A DNA stretch of 64,000 nt, taken from Amoebidium appalachense. Taxonomy: Eukaryota; Protista; Ichthyosporea. The position numbers and the translations under genes were made by a program. Shown one piece after another: positions 37,425 through 58,370 of this stretch (position 1 is its first letter; each line of letters starts with the position of its first letter). The stretch spans positions 6,139,794-6,203,793 of the forward strand of contig CAVNZM010000010.1 in assembly GCA_963693365.1 (NCBI GenBank). Direction: 5' to 3'. The notes under the pieces were generated by a model, which saw only the letters and a list, made by a program, of their open reading frames with translations, ran no database searches and was not told where the DNA came from.

Positions 37425-37702
37425 GAAAGAGACTCGGATCTAGAGAACGTGACACAGTGTACATGTGTGTGTGTGTGTGTGTGGTGTGTGAGTGTGGGTG
37501 TGGGTGGGTGGATGGGTGGGTGGGTGGGTGTGGGTGTTGGTGCGCGTATGTGTGTGTGTGTGCGTGTCACGGCGCGTGTGTCCTTGTCTACGCAAAGTGT
37601 TGTGTGCGGATTTTTGTTTCCTTTCTTTTTGACTTTTTTCTTTCCTTTTTTATTTTATTTTGCTTCTATATTATTATTATTATTATTATTATTATTATCA
37701 TG

Positions 37703-37734
<32 letters not shown>

Positions 37735-37773
37735 TATTATATGGAGGGAGGGGGGGGGGAGAGGTATGGTCAA

Positions 37774-37808
<35 letters not shown>

Positions 37809-38712
37809 AGGGGGCAAAAATCTGGCCGAGTCGTCTCGTAGATCTAGATCCCAGATCCGATCAGGAGCCGATCTGTCATGAGCCTCTTTGGCAACATGTG
37901 TGCCATAGTCATTTAGTGGCTTTTAGCTATATATATATATTCAGTACTTGTTTGCGGTCACCTTAATGTAAATGCGGAAAACATGATAAAGTTCGTGCTT
38001 TGTAAAAGCTACTTGGGTTGCGTAGCTGTTATACAAGCTTGAGGTCACACCAAACGGTGATACTAATCTCCATCATGTTTTTCACTACTGTCGCAGCTAG
38101 GTCCAATCCAAAATATTTTGATTATCCAATCATATGTTCTATATAACCTTTCCTCGCTTATCAGATTCCACTGTTACTCCGAGGCAGCTCCGCAGTCAGT
38201 TTGCTGAACGTTTTTTTTTTTACATTCGCAAAACATTTTGTGAAGACAGGCCGGATCTTTTATAGTTGCAGAATATCTTCTTAGAAAACAAGCGTCTATT
38301 TTGGTTTTCTAGGAAGCCGAACCGAGCTATTAGGAGAGGCAACCTGTGTGTGGTTTGACACACGGTTCAGCTCACATAGGGCAAGAGGCCTCATACGTAA
38401 ACCCTAGATCGGCGTGTTTCTTTTGTTTAGGAGTTACTTGAGTCGACAGGCGGATAAGCGGCTCCTTTCAGGTGGGTCCAGTGATTGATGCCAAATCTCC
38501 TTCCTCCTCCGAAACTGGTGTGCTCTTACCGACCGCTTCCTGCAACCATTTTCGTAAATTATTGTCGACGTTGCCAGTGTTTTTCTCGCGAACCTGTCAA
38601 GTTATGCTGCGGGTTGGTTGATTGCTGTTGTTTGTTTATTGCCTGGCAATGAACCAGCTTCTGCTTGTGTATTTTTGTGTTCCCAAACGTGAATAGCCCG
38701 AGCATATGACCA

Positions 38713-38881
<169 letters not shown>

Positions 38882-39383
38882 GTGTGTATGCGCGCGCGCG
38901 CGTGTGTGTGTATTGTGTGTAGGTGAGCGCATGGTGTGCATTGGGATGGGCGCACGTGTGCGTGTGTACGTGGCGTGTGCGTGTGTGGGCATGGAGTGTG
39001 CTTTCGCATGCTTGTGCTTCAGTGTGTGGATTTATGTTTGCATAATTGTGTGTGTGGGCATGTGCAAGCTACTGTGTGTGTCCATATGCCTCTCCCTGTG
39101 CTTGCATCTACCTGTCCCTTGTGTGTTTTGCTTTTGGTATGGTGTGTGCGTGTGTGTTCATGTGTTCATCCTCCTCCTTCCCCTAGCACCTCTACCGTCT
39201 GTGCAAGCGTACGTGTACCGTCTGTGCAAGCGTACGTGTTCTGTCCTTTTTTGTGAGGCCGTGCTCTGGCTGATGTGCTGTGCCCGTGAATGTGGTCTAA
39301 GTTTGTATATAGGGGGTCGTGTTGTGGTCGAGTGGACTTCTGCACGCCCTGTTGTTCCAGTATAATACCTGTCTTTGTGGTGT

Positions 39384-39444
<61 letters not shown>

Positions 39445-40657
39445 CCTTTTGTGTTTGTGGTGGTGGTGGTGGTGGGGGGGGGGGGGGGGGGGGGGGGGGG
39501 ATATGGAGGGGGAAAGGAGTATGATATGTACACACACTTGCACCTGCTTAGAAGGGGGAGATGGATAAATGGGCTTTCGGGGGGCTGGGGGGAGGGGGGG
39601 GGGGTTGGAGGGTGGAAGTGGGGCCCCGGGGGGGAGGAGGGGGGAGGTTAGGTGCTATGTTGGTTTTTACACGTACAGTGCAGAAAGTGGTGGTGGTGGT
39701 GGGGGGGGGGGGGGGGGGGGGGGGGTTGAAGAGTGGGAACGGGAGGTAAGCACACGAAGTGAGGGGGAGTTGGAGTGGTAAGATGGGTTGGAGAAAAAGG
39801 GGGAGAGGGGGGGGGGGCGATGACGCCGGGAGATAAGTGAAGGGCCATGATGTGCGAGGGAGGTAGGAAGGGGGAGGAGGAGGTGAATGGAGTCTAAGTT
39901 AGTGCTTTTGAGGTGCTTGCCGGGAGGACTAACAATCTAAGAAATTGAGGGGTTGGATTAGCATGTGCTTCGGTGGGGCCCGGGGACGGGGCTCCAGGTC
40001 ATGAAGGGAGGGAGGGGGGGGGGGGGGGGATGAGGGAGGGAGGGAAGGAAGAGATTATGGCGGAAGGGAAGGGTGGGGGGGGGGGGGGGGGGGGGAGGGA
40101 AGGCGGGGAGGGAGGGAGGGGAATAGAGAGTGGTTACATTGTTAATAATATTAGATACGTTGTTGTTGGGTCGTGGGACGTAGTGGTCTGGTTTGTGCAT
40201 GCATCCTCCTCCGGCCCTTTCCTTCAGCTAAGGTCCTGCTTTGCTCTTCTGTACTGTGTACCACATTCCTCCCTCCTCCCCCCTCCCTCCCCCCCTTCTC
40301 GCCCTCTCTCCCTTTTTCGCGTCCATTCTTCACCCCCCCCTCCCCCCTCTTCTATGCTTCACTACCTGTCATTCATTGCTGGTTATGTGTCTTGCTGACA
40401 TCTTCTCCTAAATCCCCCCTCCCCCTCTCCCCCCCTCCCTCCCCCTTTTGTGTATGCTTTGCAGTGTATGTGTTATATTGTCGGTCATGAAGCGTGTACC
40501 TTGTGCTTTGTGATGCATTTCTAACCCCCCCCCCCCCCTCTCCCACCGCCCCTGCACCCCCGCCTCCTCGCCCCACCTCGTTTCCCCACCGGTGCCCACA
40601 CCACACAATCTCAGCTAACCTCTCTTACATTGCAGCGAGGGTTCTCTAGTTTCCAGC

Positions 40658-48400
<7,743 letters not shown>

Positions 48401-50072
48401 AGCTGAGTTGTGTGGTATGGTATTTTTTTTAAGGGATCGATGCTTATCGTGCTCTAATGAGTTTGAACAGGAAAATGTATCGATTTTTATTTTATTGCTT
48501 CCTCACGCCGTATGCATAACATTTACACACACGTTTTGTTAGCAGTTCACACTTCGTCACAAGCAGGCTTCATATTAGTACTAGTGCTTGCCGTTTCATT
48601 GTGCCTCGTGGGTAATAACAACATATACAGAGAATGCTGCTGTGCAATGCAGGTGTCTAGATCTGTTGACCCTTCCTGTCCGTGAACTCTATCGGTGTGT
48701 TTTTTTTGGGGGGGTCAACTCAGCCCTGCACAGCTGTATGTCATGTTTATATTTTCATAGGTTTTTGTTTCTTTCCCCTCGAAAACTCCTATACAGTATT
48801 TTTTTTCACTCAGCGGCAACAAATATTTAGGCTAAGCCGCTCTGATACCAGCTTATGCAGATAGCCAATAGCCAAAGGCCATGTACATACATACATTTAT
48901 CATACACCTGCACGGTGTGCACTACTCACGTGAACACACGGACAGTTTTACTATTAATACATACCAGGTCCTGTGGCATGTACATGGTGAGGTGAAGTTT
49001 TGTGTATGTGTTACCGGTTGTTTGCAATTGAGATTTATTATAGCGGTGTGTTTGCGGATGTCGATGACGTACACAGCTGTAGGACTTCACAATTGCAACC
49101 ATGCACGTGTCCGTACGTGTGTGCCCTACTTCACAGCCTTTTTGAATCATCCCAGTATATAAATCCACGTCTTAACAAGTCACGGTTTTTGCTCAGTTGA
49201 TCGTAGAATATCTTGTATTTTTTATTTTTTATTTTTTATTTTTTTTAGTTTGTGTGTGTGTATGTGTGTGTGTGCACGTGTGTGTGGGGGGGGGGGGAGG
49301 AGGAGGGAGAGAGAGGGGGGGGGGGGGGGGGGGGGGGGGGTTGCACACGTGTGGAGACGCCGGTATCAAAATTGCAAGGCATCCCCAACAAAGTACTTAC
49401 ATCTGTCACTGAGAAAACGAGATGGAGTGGGTTCACGCCACCCACCCGAGGCCACAGAGGCGTACATAACGAATTATCTGCCATCACTGACTTGTTTTCC
49501 GGAATTTGAAAAGGAAATGGTGTGCCGCACGGTATTGAGAGAGACTCACAGGACGACACGAAGGCCGTCTCTCGCCACACTCACCCACCGCACGCCAGGT
49601 CACTCTGCTTCTTCACGACGACCATCGCCGGCCATGGCCGCGGCTCGTGGGCTGCGGCTAATGGCGAGGTGCTTTTTAGGAAGAAGGGTAAATGTGTTGT
49701 AACCCTGCCCGGTCACGTGATCAGGTTGGGTGAGGCTGCAGGGTTTGGCGTTTGATTGTGGGACAGAATTTGAGTTGGCTGGATTAGTCTGTCAAAAGAT
49801 TGCGTCGGGATAGAACAGATAACAGTGGCATTGAATTTCTATTATTTGTTGGCAGAGTGTACTTTTAGATTACTTCAGGTCAAGATAGTGCTTCCCAGTT
49901 GAACTTGAGTTAGGACGGAGCGAGGTCTGGCTTCTTTTCTCATGATATTTTGTGCGTACCTCTGGGGAAGAACGGCCGGAGGGGAGCATATAAGGGCTAT
50001 TACTTCATGTAGTGCGTAGCGCCAAACTTCTTTATATCTTCTTGGTGCTTGGTTTGTGTGAGGTTGGAAAAA

Positions 50073-50563
50073 ATGGCACGGCTACCAAACACGGGCCGGC
50101 TCACGAACATGGGCAAGGCCATCGGCATTACCGTGGGTCTGCTAGTTGGGGCAGCAGTCGGATTTCATTTCCAAGAGGAGTATATAGTGCAGGCAAAGGT
50201 GAGTTGCTCGTAATTGATGCACCACTCTTTTTCACTCCCGCTGAAGGATTTTTACACCTGGCAGCTGTTGCACGTTCGCATCTGGAAACCCCTTATAAAT
50301 CCCCCCCTCCTCCCCCCCCCCCCCCCCCTCCCCCCACCCTTCTGTTTCTTTTTTCTCCATCCTCTCTTCATCCCTTACCGCACCGTACTGCAGCTCACTC
50401 ACACGCAGAATCTCGTGCGCGTACACACACACACACACACACACACAAGAAGGGGGGGGGAGGGAGGGAGGGGAGGGGGGAGAAGGAGAGAGGGGCGGAG
50501 CAGAGAGAGAGGGGGAGAGAGCGATAGAGAGAGGGAAGAGGGGGAGGGGGGGGGGGAGGGAGG

Positions 50564-50638
<75 letters not shown>

Positions 50639-50963
50639 GGGGGCAAGCATGTTACCGTAGTTTAAATTGTTATACCTGGTCGTTTAGTTCTGCCACACGT
50701 TGCCCTGTACCCTGCCTGGTCTCCCTGCCATGTTTGTGTAATTTGCTTTCATCTCTTAACCTCAATCCTCGATATACCTAGCACCCTGCATCAACACTTT
50801 CCACCATGGAATACATGGAATACCCCTCCCCTCCCCTCCCCCCTCCCCATCCCGAAACCTCCCCTCCCCCCCCCCCCCCCTCCCCTTTCCCCTGCCTTTC
50901 CCCATTTGAAAACCTTCTCCCCTCCCCCCCCCCCCCCCCCCGCCCTTCCCCCATTTTGAAACC

Positions 50964-50995
<32 letters not shown>

Positions 50996-51924
50996 TTCCT
51001 TCATCCCTTCCTCGGTTCGCAACTTAAACCGAAGCCGTTTCTGATATGTGTACGTCAGTAGGAGAAGGGAGGGGGGGGGGGGGGGGGGACGCAAGGGGGA
51101 CTGTTTCCATGTATACAAGTCAATACTAAAAAAAGAGGGAGAGAGAGAGTGATAGAGAGAGGGAGAGGAAGGGGGGGGGGGGGGGGGGGGGAGGAAGAGA
51201 GAGAGAGAGAGAGGGGGGGGGGGGGAGGAGAGAGAAGAAGAGAGAGAGAGAGAGAGAAAGGCGCCCCAAGCGTGTCCCTGTTGGTTTACTTTACTATATG
51301 TTGTCGTTTAGTTCTCCCGCACATTGCCCTGTACCCTGCCTGGTCTCTCTGTCATGGTTGCGTAGTTTACTCTTATCTCTTGAATCCCAATTCTCAATAT
51401 ACGTAGCACCCTGCATCAACACCACTTTCCACCATGGAAACCCCCCCCCCCCCCCCCCCCCCCCCCACTCACACGCAATTGATGACTTGGGCCCTCCCTG
51501 AGGATGGGCTCTGCTTATGACGCATACTGTGCGCATGGCTGATGTTGCATACTTGAATGTTTGCCTTTGCATGTGTCCTTCGTGTATGCGTACTTCGTAC
51601 CGTGTTCCGCATTCAAACCCCCCCCCCCTCCCCCCACCCACAATCTCCATTTTGAAACCTTCCCCCCGCCCCCTCCCCTCCCCCCCCCCAGCCCTTCCTT
51701 ATTTCGAAACTTCAATCAAAATCATTTCTGGTTTGTGTACCTCAGTTGGAGGCTGGGGGGAGAGGGGGGGGGGGGGGGGGGAGGGGGGAGGGCAAGGGGG
51801 ACTGTTTCCATGTATACAAGTCGATACTAAATCTGTTGGTTTTGGACAGGAGGCAAGACTACAAGCATTGGAAACAAAACTGGCAGAAGAAAAAGAGAGG
51901 CTGGCTGCTTTGCGACAGGCCTAG
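50073..51924 (+). CDS. 66-aa single-pass membrane microprotein with C-terminal coiled coil, 2 coding exons
   Basis: AAAATGG start; exon 50073-50198 ends AAG|GTGAGT; exon 51850-51924 follows TACTAA...GACAG. The phase-0 join gives MARLPNTGRLTNMGKAIGITVGLLVGAAVGFHFQEEYIVQAKEARLQALETKLAEEKERLAALRQA*. Confidence 0.7.
50644..51831 (+). repeat. Diverged tandem duplication inside the microprotein intron
   Basis: 50644-51130 and 51267-51831 share colinear blocks (TTGCCCTGTACCCTGCCTGGTCTC; GCACCCTGCATCAACAC; CCATTTTGAAACCT; GCAAGGGGGACTGTTTCCATGTATACAAGTC). Confidence 0.9.
51467..51617 (+). mobile_element. Poly-C-associated repeat, copy 3 (5'-truncated, subfamily A)
   Basis: Nearly identical to 3292-3441; flanked by C26 (51441-51466) and a C-run from 51618; absent from the paralogous duplicated unit. 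Confidence 0.85.
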
Positions 51925-52735
51925 GCAGCTATTAGAGCCATGGGGTGAGTGCTCCTTTATGTGATCACCATATTTCGAATACCCTACGGCACAACCCTCC
52001 CCCCCCCCCCCCCTTCCCCCCCCCCCCAAAAAAATAAAATAAAATAAAATAAAATATATTATAATAAGAATATAATTAAAAGGGAGGGAAAATATCTTCC
52101 TGCATAACATCGTTCCACCTTGACTGGTATGTAGACCAAGAACCATCTGACTCACACGTACACACCAATGCATATACTCGCACGCATGCGCACAGTTAGG
52201 CACGGATGCGGCCAGTCACACAAACACGAACACATAAACGTGCCCTCAGACACGTTTACACGAATTCTTTTTTCCCTCAACTGCACACAGCCAGGCACAC
52301 CTAAATGGTACATAAGCTCACACACATGCACACAGACACTCACATGCTTGCAAACAGTGGGTTTACGGCCATTGTACTTTAGATTTCTCTCTTTCTAGCC
52401 TTTTTTTTTTCTTTTCGTCGTCTACGTGTTGTTTGAAAAGGCAGTGGGAGTAAGGGGGCGCACCGGGGAAGAAGGTTCTGTGCAATTTTTATTATTATTT
52501 TTTTTGTTGTTGTTGTTGGTGTGGTGGTGGTGGTGGTGGTTGTTGTGGTTGTTTTGTTATTGTTTAGTGTTTAGAGGCCGGTTACGGAGGTGTGTGTGGC
52601 AAGGGAAGAGGAGAGGGGGGGGGGGGGGGGGGGGGGATGTGGAGTCCAGGGGCAGTTTGCTATTAGATTTGTGACAGCATATTAAAGGCACTGGGGTGGA
52701 TTGTTCGGCCCCAATGGCATTTCTCCCCCCCCCCC

Positions 52736-52766
<31 letters not shown>

Positions 52767-52895
52767 ACACACTGCCTCTTGCTATATTCTGTGTACCGCA
52801 ACGTAAGCACCACCCACCCACCAATCTACCCCCCTCTCAACTTCGTGCTCTCCCTACCTGCTAACTATTCTGTTGCACACACACACTCACACACG

Positions 52896-52958
<63 letters not shown>

Positions 52959-52973
52959 ACACTCACACACACA

Positions 52974-53032
<59 letters not shown>

Positions 53033-53145
53033 CGCGCGCACAAACACGCACACACACACAACGGCTTATGCTCCAGCACACACACACCATTGACCGTCAC
53101 ACACACACGCATTGGAACAACCACACACGCGCGCACACACATGCA

Positions 53146-53220
<75 letters not shown>

Positions 53221-53981
53221 CTCCTCTACACCTTAAAAATGTGTGACAAGCACTTTCGAATCGCCGGTGTGAGTGAAAACGCTTGTGTTGCGTAGGCCAC
53301 CCTGGACCATCATAACGCCACGCCTACGGTAACATGACGTAAATTGATGTTGTGGCGTTTCTGTGTGGTTGCAATACGGGTCACATGTGCTGCAGTGTCT
53401 GTTGAATCACCTTTTTTAGCATATGAAGATCGACTCTTGTTACATATCACTGAGTTTCTGGGCATGTGACTAAATCGGTTTAAGGTGTAATAGGTCAGCT
53501 TTTCCTGTACATAGGAGGTGATTTTATGCTGCCCACATATCGATGCTAGGGTTTTTATCTGTAAATCATACACTTTGGAGCGATGTTTAGCATGACCAAA
53601 CAGAACCATACAGTACATGAGTGGAAGTTTTGGTACCAAAGTGATTGGCACCGCAGGTTCGGTGCGCTCATTCCCAACGATTGTTAACTTCTCATATGGT
53701 GGGCGCTTTTGTTTAAGCAACACAATTTCCCTTCTTGTTGTATGCAATTTTCTTTCTTTCTGTCTTTCTGTTTTTGCCGTGGTCAAATACTATTTAGATA
53801 TGTTGTTGCTTTCGATTTGCTTATTGGCTCGGCTCAGCCAAGTGCCCCCCGGGCACGATCATCAGAAACGTACACGCACTGCCTCTACGAACAAAATCCA
53901 AATAAACACACCGCACAAAGAAAGCCCCTCTACCCTATCCTCCCCCTCCACTACCCTCAATGTGTGGGCGTGTGTTTGTGT

Positions 53982-54055
<74 letters not shown>

Positions 54056-54327
54056 ATGTATGTGTGCATGTGTGGTGTGTGTCTGTGTGTGTGCCGTAGC
54101 CAATCAGCAAGAGACTAGCTAAATACGGGGAAATGCAACACAGCTCGGGCGGGTGGGTGCTAAGTAGGGGCCGACGGGGAAACAAAGCTAAGACGAGTAG
54201 AACGATTCGCCGCCTATATACCATAGTCGGCTCCCTAGTGGCCACTGATTGTTGGAACACTATTCCAACCAATCAGTTGGCCTAAATACATCTCTAAATA
54301 GAGCTTGATGAATCAGAGCTTGATGAA

Positions 54328-54935
54328 TTTTTTTTTTCTTTTTAATGACTTTATTGATATGCTCAGCAAAATAGAAGCCATCGAGATATCTCCTCGGTTT
54401 AAAACAAAGAGGTGTCTTAGGAGATAACGACTATAATAATCATACACCCTAGAAAACTCGTTAAACATACCGTGGTTCAACAGATAGTCAATAGAAGTTA
54501 ATATCAGGATTATCTAAATAAGCCAGTCTTCTAATTTCTAACGGAATAATCTGAGATAAATACATCTATCTAAGTGTTTACGAGAAAAAAGTTCTGCACA
54601 AAAGTGGCACAAACATTTATGGAAACAAAGGTTACGGCGCCAAAATAAACATTTCCAAGCTATATCACAAGGAGGGGTTAGAATTGCAAAATCGGTAAGT
54701 GTGGTAGGTTTACGAGAGGAAGGATAATATAAATATAAGTATGTAGCTAATTTACACAACGATTGTAAAGAAAATAGACGAGTCTCTAATATAAAAAGAA
54801 GCACAGGCTCAAGAGCCCTACCATGATACTCTATATCACAACGATGAAGCAAAGGATATCGAGTATGAAACCAAGTAACATACTGCTGATAACTAGTAGA
54901 AGAGAAAAATAAAGGAGATAAGTATTTAAACCTTC
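54328..54935 (-). mobile_element. 5'-truncated, A-tailed LINE fragment (ORF2 C-terminus)
   Basis: AT-rich island. The minus frame encodes LFWRRNLCFHKCLCHFC...FSRKHLDRC (CCHC-like), then after stops SIDYLLN, followed by AATAAA and an A-tail (T-run at 54328-54343 on +). Confidence 0.65.
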
Positions 54936-56132
54936 TGCCGGCCAAACGATGGTGCGTAGCGGATGTGGAGCACGCCAATCACATAGCTAGAAATCCCGCT
55001 GACCCGACCCGACCCGGAAAGCTAAAAGAAACCCCCGTTGAATTCCGAAATCCGAAGCACTAGTTCCCAACTTGCCAAGGGTCAAGGCTTGACGGGGCCA
55101 GAGCTGCGGCTGAAAACGCCCTGAACGCCCTTGTCTTTTTGAGTTTATTCCATGCATATTCATTTAGGAAACTAGCAAGGAAAACATTTCTCAAGAAAAT
55201 ATAGTGTACCCGTCGACATGGTGAACGCAAGAGGAGAACGCAAGAGGATTGTTGAAGGGCTTGTTATCGTGGCCCAAAAAATGTACGGATAGCCAATAAA
55301 CGAGCGAGTACGCACAACTTTTTTATTGGTTGCTAATATTTTAACATTGTACTAAAAAAGCCAATCATAAATGGAGAGTGTCGTTCAACCGCATACCTGC
55401 AAGTAAACACAACCGCCACCGCAGATATGCTGCCAGTGCACCTTGGCCAAAGTTTGGACAGCTGGGCCTGAGCTGGCCCCTCCGGCCTCGTGACGTCCGG
55501 AGCTTATGTATATGCCTAGGTAGGGGGAAGAAGCATGGAAGATATGTATTTCATATGTTTATGAAGGTTTCTGGCAATTCCTATTTTAGTGTTGTTGCTA
55601 ATAATTCAAGTAAATTCCCTTCGAAAGATCCAATCATAAGGGCGACCATCGCGTGAGCCATGGCCAATCACGTTCGAATATTTTGTGCACAGTGCAGCTC
55701 CCAGCTGAGCTCCGGGAGTTCCCAGTGACATACAATAGGTAAACAAACCCTTTGAACTCCATAAAACGCCCTGAAAACAGGCAGGTGCTTCTTCAGTTTG
55801 CTCAGTGCGCAGTGTGATCAACAGCAGTGTGTACAGCAGACAAACCACGCCCTCTCTCTGCTTAAATTAGTGCTAGGTGATAGTAATTGTTGTACTCGGA
55901 AACAATCTACTGTACCCCAAGCCCTAGGACGCACTCTCGAGGTGCTCTGCCAGAACCAGAAAGCAAGCAATTGCATGGCATATCTATGCATGCGTCGCCA
56001 GCAATCACGTTCATAAGAGAGAATATATAGTGACTGAAGCAACATTGTGTTGAAGCCGTCATCAGCCATCACACCACAAACGTGTTTCCTCAACGTTGAC
56101 GGAGAAGAAAAAGAATTCGAACCTCCCAGAAA

Positions 56133-56645
56133 ATGGAATCTACTAATGGCAAACAGAGCAAGGCCCAACAAATGGACCACCCCCACGTGAATGGGGAGGC
56201 AGCTGTGGATGTGACCGAGGATTCATCAGCCCACACCGACCACAAGCAGCACCACCACCACCACGCTGCAAAGTGGCACGACGACGGGTTTTTCCAAAAG
56301 CCAAAGTAGGTGCACAACACAACGGTGTTAACATCATAATCACTCTATGACCCGGTTACCTGCACATGGAAAATATATTTTAGTAGATGTTCCTGAGCCA
56401 TCTGTGAGTGACCCACTTGGTGACTCATGAATGCAGGCCCTTAATAATAATAATAATATATAAACGAGCCTGGATTTCAAAGCTTTAAACGTTATAAATG
56501 ATTATCTTTATTATATGTGGTCTAGGACTTTTAGAGCAGGTCAGCGTTGAGCAGTGGAAAGAACCCCACTAAAACTAAAACCAAGTCATAAGCTAAACAT
56601 CACCTTCCCCCCCCGGCCTCTCCCCTTCTCCAGCCCCTCCCTGCC

Positions 56646-56676
<31 letters not shown>

Positions 56677-58338
56677 ACACACCCTCTCCCCTCCTTCCGC
56701 TGAAAAGGCGTTCTACTTCCTCTAACCCACGACATGCCCACACACACGCGCGCGCGCGCACACACACACACACACACGCACACACACACACAAACACGTG
56801 CGAACTCATAACACTACAACACCATTACGCGCACAGAATTCTCGTTGAATGGGCAGAAGATGGGACCGGCAAATTCCTTCTCTATGGAGAGCGAAAGGTG
56901 ACCTGGTCGGAGCTGTTCTACGACCTCATCTACGTCACCTGCATTGCCAAAATGGGCGGTGACCTCAGAGAAAGTAACATGGATGCACTGACGTATATTA
57001 TTGGGTACGTTTATCCCTTAAGGCTTAAAGGTGCATTTAACCTTGTGTGGGCGTATTAGGTATACTCCTTAACTAGTGTTGCATTCAACCTTGTGTACGC
57101 GTAACACCCCTTAAATTTAAGGTGGATTTGACCTTAAGCAAGTTAATATGTGGCTGTATTAGGTGAGCAGGGCACTCGAAACTGCAGCTGTGATAGGAGA
57201 TCTCCATATCAGAACCTTGAAAATTTATTAATATACCAGTGTTGTCAGGAGAAAAGATTTCCTTTTTTACATCCCACGGCGCAGAGATGAGTGCACAGTA
57301 GTTTGCCTCGGAGACTACTCACACATCTGCCCAAATTGCCACCCCTGTTTTTTGTAGTGATACTGAGGCAGATCCGGTCTGAAAATGCTCTGGTGGTGTC
57401 ATGCCATATCTGCCCTTGGCAATCAATTCACATAAGTCACATTAGAATCACTAAAGGGTAGAGATGCTCTTGTATTAATGTAAGTAGGCCTTGTATGGGG
57501 GCTTCCCAACATATCTGCAACAGTGCAACTGGTAAGGTTTTTGCTTATTTAAGCACATCTCCTATACCCACACAGGTTTTTTGCGCTGTGGAACACGTGG
57601 TACTCGTGCATCATCTACTCCACATGGATGCTCACCGATGACTTGTTTCATAAAATCAGCCAGTTTTTCCTTATGGTAAGTCCGCACCATATTTGGGAGC
57701 TGCCGATGTTGGCCCGAAATAAGGGTAAAGTTTCGCGTAGGTATTCCGAGTTCTTTTCACCGTGACATGATTATGGAATGTCTTCGATAGGGTACCTCGT
57801 GGGAATTGCTGCCACTTTGGCATTGATGGGTCAATAAATCTTCCCTAGTTCTACTTGACAGCATGTCCGGGGCTGATGGTCAATGTTAGAAATCGATACA
57901 TAGCCGATGTTCGGTTGACGGTAGACGGTGTGGGTTCATCATACTGAATCAACACACCACATCCAACACAGATGTCCATTGTCTCTGCCGGGATGCATTT
58001 TGGAGGTGGTGCCGACGCAGTGAATGCAAGGGGGTTCTGTGTCTCCTTTGCTGTGGCCCGTCTGATCCTTGTGCTGTATGTGCCCCTCGCATGACTTTAT
58101 GGTGTGATGGGGTTCAACTTGTGCGGGTTGGGGGGGGGAGGAGCGGGGGGTGGGGGGGGGGGGGGGGGTGATAGGCCTGTTAAGGCAACAATTCATGCCA
58201 CAAGGACTTTCACTTCAAATTTTGGGCTCGGCTCTACTTCTTTCACGTGCCCGATTTGGCTGAATGTAATTACTGTGTGAGCCATCCCGATGCCCCACCC
58301 CCTCTTAGAATCTCTCTCTCCCCCCCCCCTCTCTCTCT

Positions 58339-58370
<32 letters not shown>

